Assembly (NCBI GenBank): GCA_934090595.1
Contig: CAKOJO010000002.1
Location: 1 to 47,947, forward strand
Direction of reading: 5' to 3'
Length of the DNA stretch: 47,947 nucleotides
DNA from: an uncultured Bacilli bacterium
Lineage (GTDB): Bacteria > Bacillota_I > Bacilli_A > RF39 > UBA660
The notes below the pieces were generated by a model. It was given only the letters and a program-made list of their open reading frames with translations. It had not been told where the DNA came from and ran no database searches. Position numbers and translations under genes: made by a program. Shown here in pieces: positions 45,096 to 47,947 of this stretch (its first letter is position 1; every line of letters starts with the position of its first letter).

Positions 45096-47777
45096 ATGAA
45101 AGAAAAAATTAGTAATTTAGACAAAGAAACAAAAAGAAGAATTAAAATATTATCATTATCAATACTAGGAATCATAGTACTAGTAAGTGGTATGTCATAT
45201 GCTTTTGTAAGATTAAGTTATACATCTGAAAAAGTAGAAAATATTAATAGTTGTTTTGATATTACTATGAAAGATAATGGTGCACTTAGTTTAAATAATG
45301 CAATACCTACACAAGATACAATAGGAGTTAATACTTCCCCATATACTTATACTATTACAAATACTTGTGATATGGATGCTTATTATGAAACTACTGTTAA
45401 TGTACTTTCTCCATCAAAAACAGATGATGCATCTAAAGTAAGAGTGGCATTATATGGAGATGGTTATCTTACTCCATCTACATTATCAACACTAAAAACA
45501 GGAGAAGTAACTGCTAACTTTACTAATCCACTAACAAACTCAATAGCAAACTATGTAGTAGACGAAGGATACTTACCTGCTAAAACTACTAAAACATTTA
45601 AACTTGCTATGTGGATAGGATATGATGTAACAGAGTTTAATGATGATTTTAAAACACAAATACTAGTTACAGGAATAGCAAAAGAAGCAGAAACACTTAC
45701 AAACCTTTCTGGTGGTGTTAATGTTCTTAAGAATAATACAGTAATAAATGATACAGACTATACTAAAACAACACAAGATGGATTATACTACTTAAAAAGA
45801 AATGATGATCAAGATACATTCTATTTCAGAGGTACAAATGTAAATAATAATATTACTTTTGCCAATAAAGAATGGAAAATAGTAAGAATAAATAAAGATG
45901 GAAGTATTAAATTAGTACTAAATGATTCAATAGGTACTAGTACATATACTAATATAGATACTACATTAAATACTTGGTATAACTCTAATATAAAAACAGC
46001 AGACTATGAAAAATATGTAGTACAAGATAATTATTGTAATGATACAACACTAGCATATAAAAGAGTAGTAACAAATAATAAACCTAAATTAACATGCACT
46101 AGTACTACTAAAAAAAGTATTGGTATATTATCAGTAGATGAAGTAATGCTATCTAATGCAACATATAATAGTACAACAAAAACATCTTATTTAGATTCAT
46201 CTACAACTACATATACCTTAACACCAGCACAAACTAATAATGATGTGTTTGCGTTTGGTGGAACAAAGCAAATAAGTATAGTAAATAAGACTAATACACT
46301 TGGTATTAGACCTACAATTACAATAACAAAAGATGCAGTTTTATCTGGAGAAGGATCTACTTCAAATAAATATACAATTACCGGTTTATTTAGTAATATA
46401 CCAGAAGCTTATGATGATACAACTGCACCAAGTATACAAACAGCAAGTGTAACACAAAACTGGACAAATACAGGAAAACAAATAACAATATCTGCATTTG
46501 ATGAAAGTAAAGGTTCAGGAGTTAGTGCTTATAATATAACAACATCAAATACAAAGCCTGCTTCAAATGCAAGTACATGGGTTAGCATGAGTAATGCTAA
46601 AGTTACTACAACTACTAAATATAATGCTGGTACATACTATGTATGGGTTAAAGATGGATCAAATAATATTAGTACATCTAAAACAGTAACAGTAGATAAA
46701 ATAGATACAACAAAACCTACATGTACATTAACATATGCAAAAACAGGTAATGGATATAGATTACAAATAACAGGACAAGATAGTAACCAATTAGCAGGCA
46801 AACCTTATTCATTTGATGGAACAAACTATCAAGAATTATCTACAAAAGAAATAACAAGTGCAGGTAACTACACTGCATATATTAAAGATATAGCAGGTAA
46901 TACAAATACATGTAGCACTGAAATAAAAGTTTTAATGAATGCTACACAATTTGCCCAAGCAAATGTAGGACAAAATGGGCTAGAACAAATCACTCATACA
47001 ATAGATGATACATTACAAGTAGATAGTAAGTTTGCAACAGAATATAGATATCGTGGAGGAAACGTAAATAATTATGTAACATTTAACAATGAAACATGGA
47101 GAATAATAGGAGTAATACCAACTGAAGATACAAATGGTAATGTAGGGAATAGAATAAAAATAATAAGAAATACCTCAATAGGAAATATGGAATGTAATAA
47201 TACACTAGATACAACAACTAGTTCGCTTAATAACTGGGTAACAACAGATTTAAATACATATTTAAATAATGATTATTATAATACATTAAGTACTGATGCT
47301 AAAAATATGATAGGGACAGCAAAGTATTATCTTGGAGGATATGATAGTTCAAGCATAACAACAGATGTAATGTGGCAATATGAAAGAAAGAATGAAGCAA
47401 ATAGAGCAGGTTACTATCATGGAACAAATCCAATAATGCAAAATGATGCATCTAAGAAGATAGCATTAATGTATGCAAGTGATTATGGATATGCAGCATC
47501 AAAAGAATGTACAAGTAATTTAGGAAGTTATTCTGACTCTACAAATTGTAAAACAACAAATAATTGGCTAGATAAATCACAATCTGAATGGTTGCTTGCG
47601 CAGGATGTTGGTCCTGAGATTTCAATGTCCATTGTGGACTCGGCTGGCTATGTCGACTACGATAACGTCTACAATGTCGAGTATGGCGTCCGTCCAGCAC
47701 TTTATCTGTCATCTAACGTAAAAATTTCAAGTGGAAATGGAACTTCGGAATCACCATACACTCTCAGTATCAGTTGA
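45096..47777 (+). CDS. large secreted or anchored surface protein with duplicated domains and two Ig-like repeats
   Basis: N-terminal signal/anchor ILSLSILGIIVLVSGMSYAF. Two homologous modules (aa ~241-430 and ~648-893), each ending G(I/V)RP...SG(E/N)G(S/T)...Y(T)(I/L). Ig-like repeats at aa ~445-610. Confidence 0.8.
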   Translation: MKEKISNLDKETKRRIKILSLSILGIIVLVSGMSYAFVRLSYTSEKVENINSCFDITMKDNGALSLNNAIPTQDTIGVNTSPYTYTITNTCDMDAYYETTVNVLSPSKTDDASKVRVALYGDGYLTPSTLSTLKTGEVTANFTNPLTNSIANYVVDEGYLPAKTTKTFKLAMWIGYDVTEFNDDFKTQILVTGIAKEAETLTNLSGGVNVLKNNTVINDTDYTKTTQDGLYYLKRNDDQDTFYFRGTNVNNNITFANKEWKIVRINKDGSIKLVLNDSIGTSTYTNIDTTLNTWYNSNIKTADYEKYVVQDNYCNDTTLAYKRVVTNNKPKLTCTSTTKKSIGILSVDEVMLSNATYNSTTKTSYLDSSTTTYTLTPAQTNNDVFAFGGTKQISIVNKTNTLGIRPTITITKDAVLSGEGSTSNKYTITGLFSNIPEAYDDTTAPSIQTASVTQNWTNTGKQITISAFDESKGSGVSAYNITTSNTKPASNASTWVSMSNAKVTTTTKYNAGTYYVWVKDGSNNISTSKTVTVDKIDTTKPTCTLTYAKTGNGYRLQITGQDSNQLAGKPYSFDGTNYQELSTKEITSAGNYTAYIKDIAGNTNTCSTEIKVLMNATQFAQANVGQNGLEQITHTIDDTLQVDSKFATEYRYRGGNVNNYVTFNNETWRIIGVIPTEDTNGNVGNRIKIIRNTSIGNMECNNTLDTTTSSLNNWVTTDLNTYLNNDYYNTLSTDAKNMIGTAKYYLGGYDSSSITTDVMWQYERKNEANRAGYYHGTNPIMQNDASKKIALMYASDYGYAASKECTSNLGSYSDSTNCKTTNNWLDKSQSEWLLAQDVGPEISMSIVDSAGYVDYDNVYNVEYGVRPALYLSSNVKISSGNGTSESPYTLSIS
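47592..47710 (+). other. compositionally aberrant, adenine-depleted 3' segment of the surface-protein gene (DGR variable-region-like)
   Basis: Hand count: 22 A in 119 nt (18%) and 59 G+C (50%), versus 50 A in 120 nt (42%) and 35 G+C (29%) in the preceding 120 nt. Run of NNC/NNT codons: gac tcg gct ggc tat gtc gac tac gat aac gtc tac aat gtc gag tat ggc gtc. Confidence 0.5.
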
Positions 47778-47947
47778 GTAACTTGAGCGAGCCTGCAAGG
47801 TAAAATCTTGCGGCGAGCAGTAGAAAATAAGATTTTAAAATAAAGTCATAAATATGTTTAGTACATTTTATGGCTCTACACTTTTTACTGGGGTAGATTT
47901 TAAATAAGGCTCCGCGATTTAGTGGGGTCTTTCTTTATGCAATAACT

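Noticed and set aside
46210-46330. Tested whether the equivalent loop of the first module copy could be the DGR template repeat for the A-depleted segment.
   Set aside because: There is no nucleotide-level colinearity between the two segments. They are homologous only at the level of the protein fold, so no template repeat is present in this window.
1-47947. Alternative genetic code (TGA=Trp, Mollicutes-like), given the very low GC.
   Set aside because: TGA clearly terminates addA (overlapping the yitT ATG), the AAA+ gene and the surface-protein gene at sensible protein ends. All conserved proteins are full-length under code 11.

Overview
Very AT-rich DNA (about 29% GC in a hand-counted stretch). 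Coding strands are strongly A-biased, RBSs are Gram-positive type (GGAGG/GAGGTGA), and the code is standard, since TGA terminates addA and the AAA+ gene. With cotJ spore-coat genes present, this fits a low-GC spore-forming Bacillota (Erysipelotrichia/Clostridia-like), but the taxon is only an inference. Most of the window is chromosomal housekeeping. This includes T-box-controlled tyrS, tRNA-His, cotJ, a UvrD-like helicase, an MscS channel, addBA, phosphoketolase, psd, a TetR-controlled ABC exporter, gpmA, cadCA, a U32 peptidase, tRNA-Ser, uvsE, an M23 peptidase, yidD, rnc and three Nudix hydrolases. No integrase, transposase, rRNA or CRISPR array is visible. Two accessory-looking loci stand out. 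(1) At 30.7-34.0 kb, a 33-bp tandem repeat is followed by an AAA_14/DUF4143-type ATPase gene, a nested inverted repeat, and a 560-aa orphan protein with two RNxxxH HEPN motifs. That is a Cas13-like two-HEPN layout without any CRISPR context, so it is a candidate new RNase-based defence or abortive-infection module. (2) At 43.6-47.9 kb, a second paralogous DUF4143 ATPase has a perfect 23-bp inverted repeat upstream. Next to it is an 893-aa surface protein whose last ~120-230 nt jump to ~50% GC and ~18% A and are full of NNC/NNT codons. That is the expected footprint of a diversity-generating-retroelement variable region, but the cognate template repeat and reverse transcriptase would lie beyond the window end. 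Smaller observations: a promoter-plus-terminator unit with no ORF (candidate sRNA), a duplicated palindromic operator in the tetR/ABC divergent promoter, a CotJA-CotJB fusion, a stand-alone Clp-D1-like AAA+ coupled to a small membrane protein, an orphan prepilin, and a start-less gene remnant.
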